Positions 15,505 through 23,767 of a stretch of 23,790 nt of DNA are shown one piece after another (the first letter of the stretch is position 1; each line of letters starts with the position of its first letter). Source of the stretch: a virus; the UHGV virus genome UHGV-0045959; one strand, written 5' to 3'. The position numbers were made by a program, and so were the translations under genes. The notes under the pieces are model-generated. The model was not told the origin of the DNA, did no database searches, and was given only the letters and a program-made list of their open reading frames with translations.

Positions 15505-15707
15505 TGAAGACCTTTGCGCTACAGGGCGACACGCTCGACGCCATTTGTGTCCGGTATTACGGGCGCACTGAGGGCGTGGTTGAGACCGTGCTCGCCGCAA
15601 ATTCGGGACTGGCTGAACTGGGTGCGGTGCTGCCACACGGCACCGCCGTCGAACTGCCCGACGTTCAGACCGCGCCCGTGGCTGAAACTGTCAATCTGTG
15701 GGAGTAA
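15504..15707 (+). CDS. X: tail protein X (gpX)
   Basis: ORF 15435..15707; ATG at 15504 overlapping the L stop gives 67 aa, MKTFALQGDTLDAICVRYYG. Confidence 0.85.
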   Translation: MKTFALQGDTLDAICVRYYGRTEGVVETVLAANSGLAELGAVLPHGTAVELPDVQTAPVAETVNLWE

Positions 15708-15710
15708 CGC

Positions 15711-15992
15711 ATGACAGCAGAAGAAAAAAGCGTCCTGTCGCTTTTCATGATTGGGGTGCTGATTGTTGTCGGCAAGGTGCTTGCCGGTGGTGAACCCATC
15801 ACCCCGCGTCTGTTTATCGGGCGCATGTTGCTCGGTGGTTTTGTCTCGATGGTTGCCGGTGTTGTTCTGGTGCAGTTTCCTGACCTGTCACTGCCTGCGG
15901 TGTGCGGCATCGGTTCCATGCTGGGTATCGCCGGTTATCAGGTGATTGAGATTGCCATTCAGCGTCGCTTTAAGGGCAGGGGGAAACCGTAA
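15711..15992 (+). CDS. Y: holin (gpY)
   Basis: 93 aa with hydrophobic transmembrane segments (VLSLFMIGVLIVVG, LLGGFVSMVAGVVLV) and a charged C-terminus; immediately precedes the endolysin. Confidence 0.88.
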   Translation: MTAEEKSVLSLFMIGVLIVVGKVLAGGEPITPRLFIGRMLLGGFVSMVAGVVLVQFPDLSLPAVCGIGSMLGIAGYQVIEIAIQRRFKGRGKP

Positions 15993-16489
15993 TGCCGGTT
16001 ATTAACACGCATCAGAATATCGCCGCCTTTCTCGACATGCTGGCCGTGTCCGAAGGGACGGCGAATCATCCGCTGACGAAAAACCGGGGCTATGACGTGA
16101 TAGTCACCGGACTGGACGGGAAGCCGGAAATTTTCACCGACTACAGTGACCACCCGTTCGCGCATGGCCGACCGGCGAAGGTGTTTAACCGTCGCGGTGA
16201 AAAGTCCACGGCCTCCGGTCGCTATCAGCAGCTTTACCTGTTCTGGCCGCACTACCGCAAACAGCTTGCCCTGCCGGATTTCAGTCCGTTGTCACAGGAC
16301 AGACTCGCCATTCAGTTGATCCGCGAACGCGGTGCACTGGATGACATCCGGGCGGGACGCATTGAGTGCGCCATTTCACGCTGTCGCAATATCTGGGCGT
16401 CCCTGCCGGGTGCCGGTTACGGTCAGCGTGAGCATTCACTGGAAAAACTGGTCACCGTCTGGCGTACCGCTGGCGGCGTACCGGCTTAA
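15992..16489 (+). CDS. K: endolysin / lysozyme (gpK)
   Basis: 165 aa, the size and position of P2 gpK in the lysis cassette; ATGA-type overlap with the holin. Confidence 0.88.
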   Translation: MPVINTHQNIAAFLDMLAVSEGTANHPLTKNRGYDVIVTGLDGKPEIFTDYSDHPFAHGRPAKVFNRRGEKSTASGRYQQLYLFWPHYRKQLALPDFSPLSQDRLAIQLIRERGALDDIRAGRIECAISRCRNIWASLPGAGYGQREHSLEKLVTVWRTAGGVPA

Positions 16490-16503
16490 ACGGAGTAAAC
16501 ACC

Positions 16504-16929
16504 ATGAAGAAATTATCCCTTTCACTGATGCTGAACGTGTCGCTGGCGCTGATGCTGGCACTGTCCCTGATTTACCCGCAGAGCGTGGCCGTCAGTTTTG
16601 TCGCTGCCTGGGCGATTCTGGCGATGATTATTTGTGTGGTTGCCGGTGGTGTCGGCGTGTATGCCACGGAGTATGTACTTGAACGCTACGGGCGGGAGCT
16701 GCCACCGGAATCGCTGGCCGTGAAGATTGTCACGTCGCTGTTTTTGCAGTCGGTGCCGTGGTGCAGACGGGCGGCGGCTCTGGTAGTGATGGTGGCGACG
16801 TTTATCTCGCTGGTTGCCGCCGGGTGGATTTTTACTGCGCTGATTTATCTCGTGGCGTCGCTGTTTTTCCGGCTGATACGCACGGCCTGCCGTCAGCGTC
16901 TTGAGGGGCGGGAACTATGTCAAAGCTGA
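16504..16929 (+). CDS. lysA: lysis regulatory membrane protein LysA
   Basis: 141 aa, strongly hydrophobic with multiple transmembrane-like segments, directly after K. Confidence 0.8.
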   Translation: MKKLSLSLMLNVSLALMLALSLIYPQSVAVSFVAAWAILAMIICVVAGGVGVYATEYVLERYGRELPPESLAVKIVTSLFLQSVPWCRRAAALVVMVATFISLVAAGWIFTALIYLVASLFFRLIRTACRQRLEGRELCQS

Positions 16930-17342
16930 TGATTGCACTGGTCGTGTTGTTATCGCTGGCGGTGGCGGGGCTGTTTCTGGTGAAGCATGAAAACGCCAGA
17001 CTGCGCTACTCGCTGGACAGGGCGAACAGCGTCGCCAGCGGGCAGCAGACGACCATCACCATGCTGAAAAATCAGCTTCATGTTGCCCTCACCAGGGCAG
17101 ACAAAAACGAGCTGGCGCAGGTGGCACTGCGTCAGGAACTGGAGAACGCCGCGAAGCGTGAAGCACAGCGCGAGAAAACCATCACGAGGTTACTGAATGA
17201 AAACGAAGATTTTCGCCGCTGGTACGGCGCTGGCCTGCCTGATGCTGTGCGCCGGTTGCACCAGCGCCCGGCCTGCGCCGACGCCAGTGATTGTCCACAA
17301 CGCCTGCCCGAAAGTGAGCCTTTGCCCGATGCCGGGCAGTGA
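16917..17342 (+). CDS. lysB: i-spanin (LysB, Rz-like)
   Basis: 141 aa; N-terminal transmembrane segment LMIALVVLLSLAVAGLFLV followed by a charged helical region; an embedded out-of-frame ORF follows. Confidence 0.82.
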   Translation: MSKLMIALVVLLSLAVAGLFLVKHENARLRYSLDRANSVASGQQTTITMLKNQLHVALTRADKNELAQVALRQELENAAKREAQREKTITRLLNENEDFRRWYGAGLPDAVRRLHQRPACADASDCPQRLPESEPLPDAGQ

Positions 17343-17487
17343 CCCGGAGACGAACGGCGATTTAAGTGCTGATATCCGGCAGCTTGAGAACGCGCTGGCA
17401 CGCTGTGCCAGCCAGGTAAAAATGATTAAACACTGTCAGGACGAAAACGATGCTCAAACCCGACAGCCTGCGCAGGGCGCTGACTGA
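17197..17487 (+). CDS. lysC: o-spanin lipoprotein (LysC, Rz1-like), embedded in and extending beyond lysB
   Basis: 96 aa starting inside lysB in a different frame; N-terminus MKTKIFAAGTALACLMLCAGCTS looks like a signal peptide with lipobox-like cysteines; Pro-rich mature part. Confidence 0.78.
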   Translation: MKTKIFAAGTALACLMLCAGCTSARPAPTPVIVHNACPKVSLCPMPGSDPETNGDLSADIRQLENALARCASQVKMIKHCQDENDAQTRQPAQGAD

Positions 17488-17917
17488 TGCCGTCACGGTG
17501 CTGAAAACTAACCCCGATATGCTGCGGATATTCGTGGATAACGGGAGTATTGCCTCCACACTGGCGACGTCGCTGTCATTCGAAAAGCGTTACACGCTCA
17601 ATGTGATTGTGACCGACTTTACCGGTGATTTTGACCTGCTCATTGTGCCGGTGCTGGCGTGGCTGCGGGAAAATCAGTCCGACATCATGACCACCGACGA
17701 AGGCCAGAAAAAGGGCTTCACGTTTTATGCAGACATCAACAATGACAGCAGCTTTGATATCAGCATCAGCCTGATGCTGACCGAGCGCACGCTGGTCAGT
17801 GAGGTGGACGGCGCACTGCATGTGAAGAATATCCCGGAACCCCCGCCGCCGGAGCCGGTTACCCGCCCGATGGAGCTGTATATCAATGGCGAACTGGTGA
17901 GCAAGTGGGATGAATGA
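17450..17917 (+). CDS. R: tail completion protein (gpR)
   Basis: 155 aa, the size and position of P2 gpR. Confidence 0.85.
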   Translation: MLKPDSLRRALTDAVTVLKTNPDMLRIFVDNGSIASTLATSLSFEKRYTLNVIVTDFTGDFDLLIVPVLAWLRENQSDIMTTDEGQKKGFTFYADINNDSSFDISISLMLTERTLVSEVDGALHVKNIPEPPPPEPVTRPMELYINGELVSKWDE

Positions 17918-18362
17918 GTTTAAGCGTTTTGAAGACCGGCTGGCCGGACTGACTGAATCGCTGTCACCGTCAGGGCGTCGGCGGCTGAGTGCCGAACTGG
18001 CGAAACGTCTGCGGCAGAGTCAGCAGCGTCGGGTGATGGCACAGAAAGCCCCGGACGGCACACCCTACGTGCCACGCCAGCAGCAGAGCGCCAGAAAAAA
18101 GACTGGTCGTGTTAAGCGAAAAATGTTTGCGAAACTTATCACCAATCGTTTTTTGCATATCCGCGCCAGCCCGGAGCAGGCATCAATGGAATTTTACGGC
18201 GGAAAGTCACCGAAAATCGCCAGTGTGCATCAGTTTGGTCTGTCGGAAGAAACCCGGAAAGACGGTAAGAAAATTGATTATCCGGCGCGTCCCCTGCTCG
18301 GCTTTACCGGTGAGGATGTGCAGATGATTGAAGAGATTATCCTGGCTCACCTCGACCGTTAG
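17910..18362 (+). CDS. S: tail completion protein (gpS)
   Basis: 150 aa, the size and position of P2 gpS; overlaps the R stop. Confidence 0.85.
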   Translation: MNEFKRFEDRLAGLTESLSPSGRRRLSAELAKRLRQSQQRRVMAQKAPDGTPYVPRQQQSARKKTGRVKRKMFAKLITNRFLHIRASPEQASMEFYGGKSPKIASVHQFGLSEETRKDGKKIDYPARPLLGFTGEDVQMIEEIILAHLDR

Positions 18363-18428
18363 TTGTGCCATTCCTGACACCTCATCGTCACATTGCCGCC
18401 GGTATGACCCGGCGGCATCCTTCCCGTT

Positions 18429-19064
18429 ATGAACACTCTCGCAAATATTCAGGAACTCGCGCGCGCACTGCGCAACATGATCCGCACCGGCATTATCGTC
18501 GAAACCGACCTTAATGCCGGTCGCTGCCGTGTGCAGACCGGCGGCATGTGCACCGACTGGCTTCAGTGGCTGACCTGTCGTGCCGGGCGTTCGCGCACAT
18601 GGTGGGCACCTTCCGTGGGGGAACAGGTGCTGATTCTGGCCGTGGGTGGTGAACTCGACACGGCGTTCGTTCTGCCGGGGATTTATTCCGGCGATAGCCC
18701 CGCGCCGTCTGCGTCGGCGGATGCCCTGCATATCCGTTTCCCTGACGGGGCGGTGATTGAGTATGAACCCGAAACTAGTGCACTCACGGTAAGCGGAATT
18801 AAAACGGCCAGCGTGACGGCTTCTGATTCTGTTACTGCCAGGGTGCCTGTGGTCATGGTGAAAGCATCAACCCGCGTCACCCTGGACACACCGGAGGTGG
18901 TCTGCACCAACAAGCTGATCACCGGCACGCTGGAAGTGCAGAAGGGCGGGACGATGCGCGGCAACATTGAACACACCGGCGGTGAACTCTCATCAAACGG
19001 TAAGGTACTGCATACCCATAAACACCCAGGAGACAGCGGCGGCACAACCGGGAGTCCTCTATGA
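18429..19064 (+). CDS. V: baseplate spike protein (gpV)
   Basis: 211 aa, the size and position of P2 gpV. Confidence 0.88.
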   Translation: MNTLANIQELARALRNMIRTGIIVETDLNAGRCRVQTGGMCTDWLQWLTCRAGRSRTWWAPSVGEQVLILAVGGELDTAFVLPGIYSGDSPAPSASADALHIRFPDGAVIEYEPETSALTVSGIKTASVTASDSVTARVPVVMVKASTRVTLDTPEVVCTNKLITGTLEVQKGGTMRGNIEHTGGELSSNGKVLHTHKHPGDSGGTTGSPL

Positions 19065-19408
19065 CAGCACGTTATCTCGGAATGAATCGCAGTGATGGCC
19101 TGACTGTCACTGACCTTGAGCATATCAGCCAGAGTATCGGCGATATCCTGCGCACACCGGTCGGCTCACGGGTGATGCGTCGTGATTACGGCTCGTTGCT
19201 GGCATCAATGATTGACCAGCCGCAGACCCCGGCGCTTGAGTTGCAGATTAAGGTCGCCTGTTACATGGCGGTGCTGAAATGGGAACCCCGCGTCACCCTG
19301 TCATCTGTCACCACTGAGCGCAGTTTTGAGGGGCGAATGACGGTCACGTTAACCGGTCAGCACAACGACACCGGCCAGCCACTTTCGTTAACCATCCCTG
19401 TGAGTTGA
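19061..19408 (+). CDS. W: baseplate wedge protein (gpW, gp25-like)
   Basis: 115 aa, ATGA-coupled to V; size and position of P2 gpW. Confidence 0.88.
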   Translation: MTARYLGMNRSDGLTVTDLEHISQSIGDILRTPVGSRVMRRDYGSLLASMIDQPQTPALELQIKVACYMAVLKWEPRVTLSSVTTERSFEGRMTVTLTGQHNDTGQPLSLTIPVS

Positions 19409-19412
19409 AACC

Positions 19413-20321
19413 ATGCCGATTATCGACCTGAACCAGCTACCCGCACCGGATGTGGTCGAGGAGCTGGACTTTGAAACCATTCTTGCCGAACGCAAGGCGA
19501 CACTGATTTCCCTTTACCCGGAAGACCAGCAGGAGGCGGTCGCCCGTACCCTGACGCTGGAATCTGAGCCTCTCGTCAAACTGCTGGAGGAAAATGCTTA
19601 TCGTGAGCTTATCTGGCGTCAGCGTGTGAATGAGGCCGCACGGGCGGTGATGCTGGCCTGTGCAGCCGGTAATGACCTTGATGTGATTGGTGCCAATTAC
19701 AACACCACACGCCTGACTATCACCCCGGCAGATGATTCGACCATCCCGCCGACACCGGCAGTGATGGAGTCTGACACCGATTATCGTCTGCGTATTCAGC
19801 AGTCATTTGAGGGCTTAAGCGTCGCCGGGTCGGTGGGAGCCTATCAGTATCATGGTCGCAGTGCCGACGGGCGTGTCGCGGATATCTCTGTCACCAGTCC
19901 GTCTCCGGCCTGCGTCACCATCTCCGTGCTGTCACGTGAAAATAACGGTGTCGCATCCGAAGACCTGCTGGCCGTGGTGCGTAACGCCCTGAATGGCGAG
20001 GACGTCAGACCGGTGGCCGACCGCGTGACCGTGCAGTCCGCCGCCATCGTTGAATACCAGATAAACGCCACGCTTTACCTTTACCCTGGTCCCGAAAGCG
20101 AACCCATTCGCGCTGCCGCCGTGAAAAAACTGGAAGCGTATATCACGGCACAGCACCGGCTGGGGCGCGACATCCGTCTGTCTGCCATTTATGCCGCTTT
20201 GCATGTGGAAGGCGTGCAGCGTGTCGAGCTGGCCGCACCACTGGCCGACATTGTGCTCAACAGTACGCAGGCGTCTTTCTGCACCGAATACAGCGTCGTG
20301 ACCGGAGGCTCGGATGAGTGA
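19413..20321 (+). CDS. J: baseplate protein (gpJ)
   Basis: 302 aa, the size and position of P2 gpJ. Confidence 0.88.
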   Translation: MPIIDLNQLPAPDVVEELDFETILAERKATLISLYPEDQQEAVARTLTLESEPLVKLLEENAYRELIWRQRVNEAARAVMLACAAGNDLDVIGANYNTTRLTITPADDSTIPPTPAVMESDTDYRLRIQQSFEGLSVAGSVGAYQYHGRSADGRVADISVTSPSPACVTISVLSRENNGVASEDLLAVVRNALNGEDVRPVADRVTVQSAAIVEYQINATLYLYPGPESEPIRAAAVKKLEAYITAQHRLGRDIRLSAIYAALHVEGVQRVELAAPLADIVLNSTQASFCTEYSVVTGGSDE

Positions 20322-20925
20322 TTCGCGCCTGCTGCCGACCGGCTCATCACCGCTTGAAGTTGCCGCCGCAAAAGCCTGTGCGGAAATTGAAAAAACGCCG
20401 GTCAGTATTCGTGAACTGTGGAACCCGGATACCTGTCCGGCAAATCTGCTGTCGTGGCTGGCGTGGTCATTTTCGGTTGACCGCTGGGATGATAAGTGGC
20501 CGGAAGCGACAAAACGCGCTGTTATCCGCGATGCGTATTTCATTCACTGCCATAAGGGCACTATAGGCGCAATCCGGCGTGTGGTGGAGCCGCTCGGCTA
20601 TCTGATTGAGGTGAGGGAGTGGTGGCAGCTCAACGAGGAACCGGGGACGTTCCGCATCGTTGTTGGCGTGCTTGAGCAGGGTATTACCGAGGAAATGTAT
20701 CAGGAGCTGGAGCGTCTCGTTGCTGATGCAAAACCTGCAAGCCGCCATCTGACGGGACTGGCTATCAGTTTAAGTACAACCGGCAACATTTTTGCCGGTG
20801 CGGGATGCTATCACGGCGACGCCCTGACGGTTTATCCCTACACCCCGGAGGCCATTATTGTCGGAGGGGATTATTTCCCGGCCTCGGCCATTCATTTAAT
20901 TGATAACCTGAGAGTAAACGCATGA
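20314..20925 (+). CDS. I: baseplate / tail-fibre attachment protein (gpI-like)
   Basis: 203 aa between J and the tail-fibre gene, overlapping both neighbours; somewhat longer than the P2 gpI size I recall. Confidence 0.8.
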   Translation: MSDSRLLPTGSSPLEVAAAKACAEIEKTPVSIRELWNPDTCPANLLSWLAWSFSVDRWDDKWPEATKRAVIRDAYFIHCHKGTIGAIRRVVEPLGYLIEVREWWQLNEEPGTFRIVVGVLEQGITEEMYQELERLVADAKPASRHLTGLAISLSTTGNIFAGAGCYHGDALTVYPYTPEAIIVGGDYFPASAIHLIDNLRVNA

Positions 20926-22217
20926 CAGTGAAATACTACGCCATTCTGACTAATCAGGGCGCAGCACGGCTGGCTAACGCGACGATGCTTGGCAGTAAGC
21001 TGAATCTGACGCAAATGGCCGTTGGTGATGCGAATGGTGTCTTGCCGACACCAGACCCGGCACAGACAAAACTGATTAATCAGAAACGCATTGCACCGCT
21101 GAATCTTCTGAGTGTTGACCCGAACAACCAGAGCCAGATTATTGCGGAGCAAATCATCCCTGAGAACGAGGGCGGATTCTGGATCCGTGAGATTGGGCTT
21201 TATGATGATGAAGGCGTACTCATTGCGGTGGCCAACTGCCCGGAAACGTACAAACCGCAGTTACAGGAAGGCAGTGGTCGTACCCAGACTATCCGCATGA
21301 TTCTGGTTGTCACGAATATCGAAGCCATCACGCTGAAAATCGACCCGTCGGTGGTACTGGCGACCCGTAAATATGTGGATGATGAAGTCCTGGAATTAAG
21401 GCTGTATGTGGATGACCAGATGAGAAACCACATTGCCGCACAGGATCCTCATACCCAGTATGCACAGAAACATAATCCGACATTTACCGGAGAACCAAAA
21501 GCCCCGACGCCTGCCGCAGGAAATAACACCACGCGGATTGCGACCACTGAGTTTGTTCAGGCCGCTATTACCGCTCTGATTAACGGCGCGCCAGCCACGC
21601 TGGACACACTGAAAGAAATTGCCGCAGCCATTAACAATGACCCGAAATTCAGCACCACTATTAACAATGCGCTGTCAGGTAAGCAGCCACTGGATGAGAC
21701 GCTGACTCATTTGAGCGGAAAGGATGTTGCCGGCCTTCTCGCATACCTTGGTTTGGGAGAAACGATAAATAGAGCCTCCAGAGCTATGCAGAAATCGGCT
21801 AATGGATCTGATATTTCTGATGTATCAGCCTTCCGAAATGCGCTCCAGTTAGGGACCGCTGCAACACGAGATGTTGGAGCAGATAATGCCTCGAAGTTAC
21901 TGGATTTAGACAGCTTCAGGTCAATGATGTCAGGTAATGGCTACATCTACATTCCATGCATTGCGACGACAGGAAACCCGGTGAAACTTATGTTGCAGTG
22001 GGGAACGGTGGCAACACAAAAGGGAGCTGATGCTGGATATGCCTTACCATTTGCTTTTCCCTATGCAGGCTTGTTTGCGACCGGAAACCGTGGAACATCT
22101 GGCTACAATGCCGCGATGAATGTGCGTATTGCCAGCAGAACGCATATCAGTATTCAGAACTGGTCGCCATCCGGAGAGGGCACCGAAGATTGTTGTTTTA
22201 TCGCGCTGGGGTATTAA
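20922..22217 (+). CDS. H: tail fibre protein (gpH-like): constant N-terminal part plus currently expressed variable C-terminal tip
   Basis: 431 aa with a conserved phage tail-fibre N-terminus (MTVKYYAILTNQGAARLANA...FWIREIGLYDDEGVLIAVAN); the C-terminal 150 aa lie inside the invertible segment. Shorter than P2 gpH. Confidence 0.88.
   Translation: MTVKYYAILTNQGAARLANATMLGSKLNLTQMAVGDANGVLPTPDPAQTKLINQKRIAPLNLLSVDPNNQSQIIAEQIIPENEGGFWIREIGLYDDEGVLIAVANCPETYKPQLQEGSGRTQTIRMILVVTNIEAITLKIDPSVVLATRKYVDDEVLELRLYVDDQMRNHIAAQDPHTQYAQKHNPTFTGEPKAPTPAAGNNTTRIATTEFVQAAITALINGAPATLDTLKEIAAAINNDPKFSTTINNALSGKQPLDETLTHLSGKDVAGLLAYLGLGETINRASRAMQKSANGSDISDVSAFRNALQLGTAATRDVGADNASKLLDLDSFRSMMSGNGYIYIPCIATTGNPVKLMLQWGTVATQKGADAGYALPFAFPYAGLFATGNRGTSGYNAAMNVRIASRTHISIQNWSPSGEGTEDCCFIALGY
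21736..21761. other. left recombination (crossover) site of the invertible tail-fibre segment (gix/cix/hix-like)
   Basis: 26-bp TTCTCGCATACC-TT-GGTTTGGGAGAA with imperfect dyad symmetry; its reverse complement matches the first 14 bp of the right site and 20 of 26 positions of the hix-type consensus as I recall it. Lies inside H at codons 272-280 (LLAYLGLGE). Confidence 0.7.
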
Positions 22218-22219
22218 GA

Positions 22220-22636
22220 ATGAATAAATTTTATAAAGGCTCTTTCTATCCGAAAGCACTAAAAGAGGTATATATCAGCGCCGGTTCATGGCCTGAAAAT
22301 GGCGTTGATGTTGATGATGAAACAATAGCAATTTACACAGGCGTAGCGCCAGAAGGCAAAACGCTGGGGGCTGATAAAAATGGTAATCCTGCATGGATTG
22401 ATATCCCGCCACTCTCCGCTGAACAACAGATTATTCAGGCTGAACAGAAAAGAACGGTATTGCGTTCAATGGCTGATAAGGAAATAGTCTGGAGACAGGA
22501 TGCTTTTGATGCGGAAATCGCGACGGCAGAAGAAACCGCCGCGTTGTCTGAATGGAAAAAATATCGGGTCTTACTGATGCGCGTTGATACATCAAATCCC
22601 GTCTGGCCTACGCCTCCGGGGGAGCAGGCCAATTGA
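22220..22636 (+). CDS. G: tail fibre assembly chaperone (gpG/Tfa-like) for the expressed fibre tip
   Basis: ORF 22190..22636; ATG at 22220 (MNKFYKGSFYP), 3 nt after the H stop. C-terminus VDTSNPVWPTPPGEQAN is the conserved Tfa C-terminal motif. Confidence 0.8.
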   Translation: MNKFYKGSFYPKALKEVYISAGSWPENGVDVDDETIAIYTGVAPEGKTLGADKNGNPAWIDIPPLSAEQQIIQAEQKRTVLRSMADKEIVWRQDAFDAEIATAEETAALSEWKKYRVLLMRVDTSNPVWPTPPGEQAN

Positions 22637-23228
22637 TATCCGGCGCGGTGCTGGTATCAGTTACCGTCACCGCGTCAATGTAATCCAGCACGACGTTAAG
22701 CCGGGTGGTTTCTGTCTGCGTCAGTTTTCGCCCGGCCTGCAATTTCAGTTGAATCAGATTAATGGAAGCCATTGCAGTATCAATCAGTGACTGTCGCTGT
22801 GTTTCTGCCGCGCCTACTGCGGCGCTATGCTGTGCCTCAGTATCTGTCACCCATTTCTCACCATCCCATTCATCGTATGGCGTTAACGGGGCGACAGTGG
22901 TTGTGTTTTCAGGGTAATCCCCCGGAGTGGTGATTTCTGCTGCCTCACGGGTTTCTGTGTTATAGACTGTCTCACCCCGATGGTCCGGCACGTACTCCCA
23001 CGCGGTCAGGTCGGCTGTGCGGCAAATTGCATAACCAGCCCGCCTTTCCCCGGGGGCATCAGTGCATGAATGTGCAGGAAGGCCAACGCCCACAGCCAGA
23101 TATTCGGTTGACGTGCAAAGGTATTCCCGCGTCTTATTATCGTAGCTGTGGACAACAACCTCTCCTGCAACTGTTGCCAGCCGCGATTCATTCAGCACCG
23201 CTGTAGTCATGGTTTTCTTGCTCATCAT
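22608..23228 (-). CDS. alternative tail fibre assembly chaperone (Tfa') serving the silent fibre tip
   Basis: 206 aa on the minus strand; C-terminus VTDTSTAPDINWPAPPEA parallels the C-terminus of the plus-strand Tfa; its 3' end overlaps that gene by 29 bp. Confidence 0.78.
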   Translation of the reverse strand: MMSKKTMTTAVLNESRLATVAGEVVVHSYDNKTREYLCTSTEYLAVGVGLPAHSCTDAPGERRAGYAICRTADLTAWEYVPDHRGETVYNTETREAAEITTPGDYPENTTTVAPLTPYDEWDGEKWVTDTEAQHSAAVGAAETQRQSLIDTAMASINLIQLKLQAGRKLTQTETTRLNVVLDYIDAVTVTDTSTAPDINWPAPPEA

Positions 23229-23740
23229 GCAGCCCTTACGATGTAGTTAAATGCAATGTTACGTGGCCTTGCATAACCCAGATACTGAATCCCCCAGGCT
23301 CCCACTGGAACGGGGTTCCAGATATGTTCTGTAGGTATACTTTTCGCTCTGAGAATATCTGAATTGGTTTCAGTTTTATCCCATCCCAGCAGGGCAATGT
23401 CGTTTACCGAAAACTGCACCACGCTGTCGGGTGATATATTGGCTTCCTGAACCAGATAAGAGCCTTTTTGCCACGACAACAACGTCCGGCTACTGTCCAC
23501 TCCGCGCCCGTCATCCCAGCCACGAATAAATTCACCACGTAAATCAGGCAATATATTTGTCGGGTAAGCCTTTGCCAGTTCCGGGTATTCTTCAGCAGAA
23601 AATGCCGCCCCGTTGCATTTCAGCCAGCCTGTTGGCAGTGTGGCTGAAGGCCACGGAACAGGCACACCAACGGGTAATACAGAGCCTTCTCCCAAACCAA
23701 CGTTTATGAAAATGCAGAGATAACGGGCAAGTGGCATCAT
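23225..23740 (-). CDS. alternative tail-fibre C-terminal cassette (Sv'-like), silent in this orientation
   Basis: 171-aa ORF containing a phage tail-collar-like motif LPDLRGEFIRGWDDGRG. Residues 14-18 VGLGE are encoded by the right crossover site and match the LGLGE junction in H. Only sequence downstream of the crossover would be fused to H after inversion. Confidence 0.75.
   Translation of the reverse strand: MMPLARYLCIFINVGLGEGSVLPVGVPVPWPSATLPTGWLKCNGAAFSAEEYPELAKAYPTNILPDLRGEFIRGWDDGRGVDSSRTLLSWQKGSYLVQEANISPDSVVQFSVNDIALLGWDKTETNSDILRAKSIPTEHIWNPVPVGAWGIQYLGYARPRNIAFNYIVRAA
23687..23712. other. right recombination (crossover) site of the invertible segment
   Basis: TTCTCCCAAACC-AA-CGTTTATGAAAA; first 14 bp identical to the reverse complement of the left site, central AA dinucleotide matching. 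Confidence 0.7.
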
Positions 23741-23767
23741 CTCCGGTTTTTATTCAGGGGGATGCTC

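Larger units (their letters stand above)
21749..23700. other. invertible DNA segment (G/C-segment-like tail-fibre host-range switch)
   Basis: Bounded by inverted 26-bp sites; contains the H variable C-terminal coding part, two convergent tail-fibre assembly genes and a promoterless alternative fibre tip on the opposite strand; an invertase gene starts just outside at 23768. Confidence 0.72.

Noticed and set aside
12521-15636. Antisense or overlapping ORFs in O, N, M and L (12521..12979, 13107..13331, 14299..14898, 14946..15305, 15190..15636)
   Set aside because: Nested within well-supported structural genes on the opposite strand; no start signals and compositionally biased products.
18207-20543. 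Minus-strand ORFs 18207..18731, 18683..19123 and 19932..20543 across S, V, W and J
   Set aside because: Shadow ORFs antisense to the collinear tail gene block, with Arg/Gly/Ala-rich translations typical of GC-rich antisense frames.
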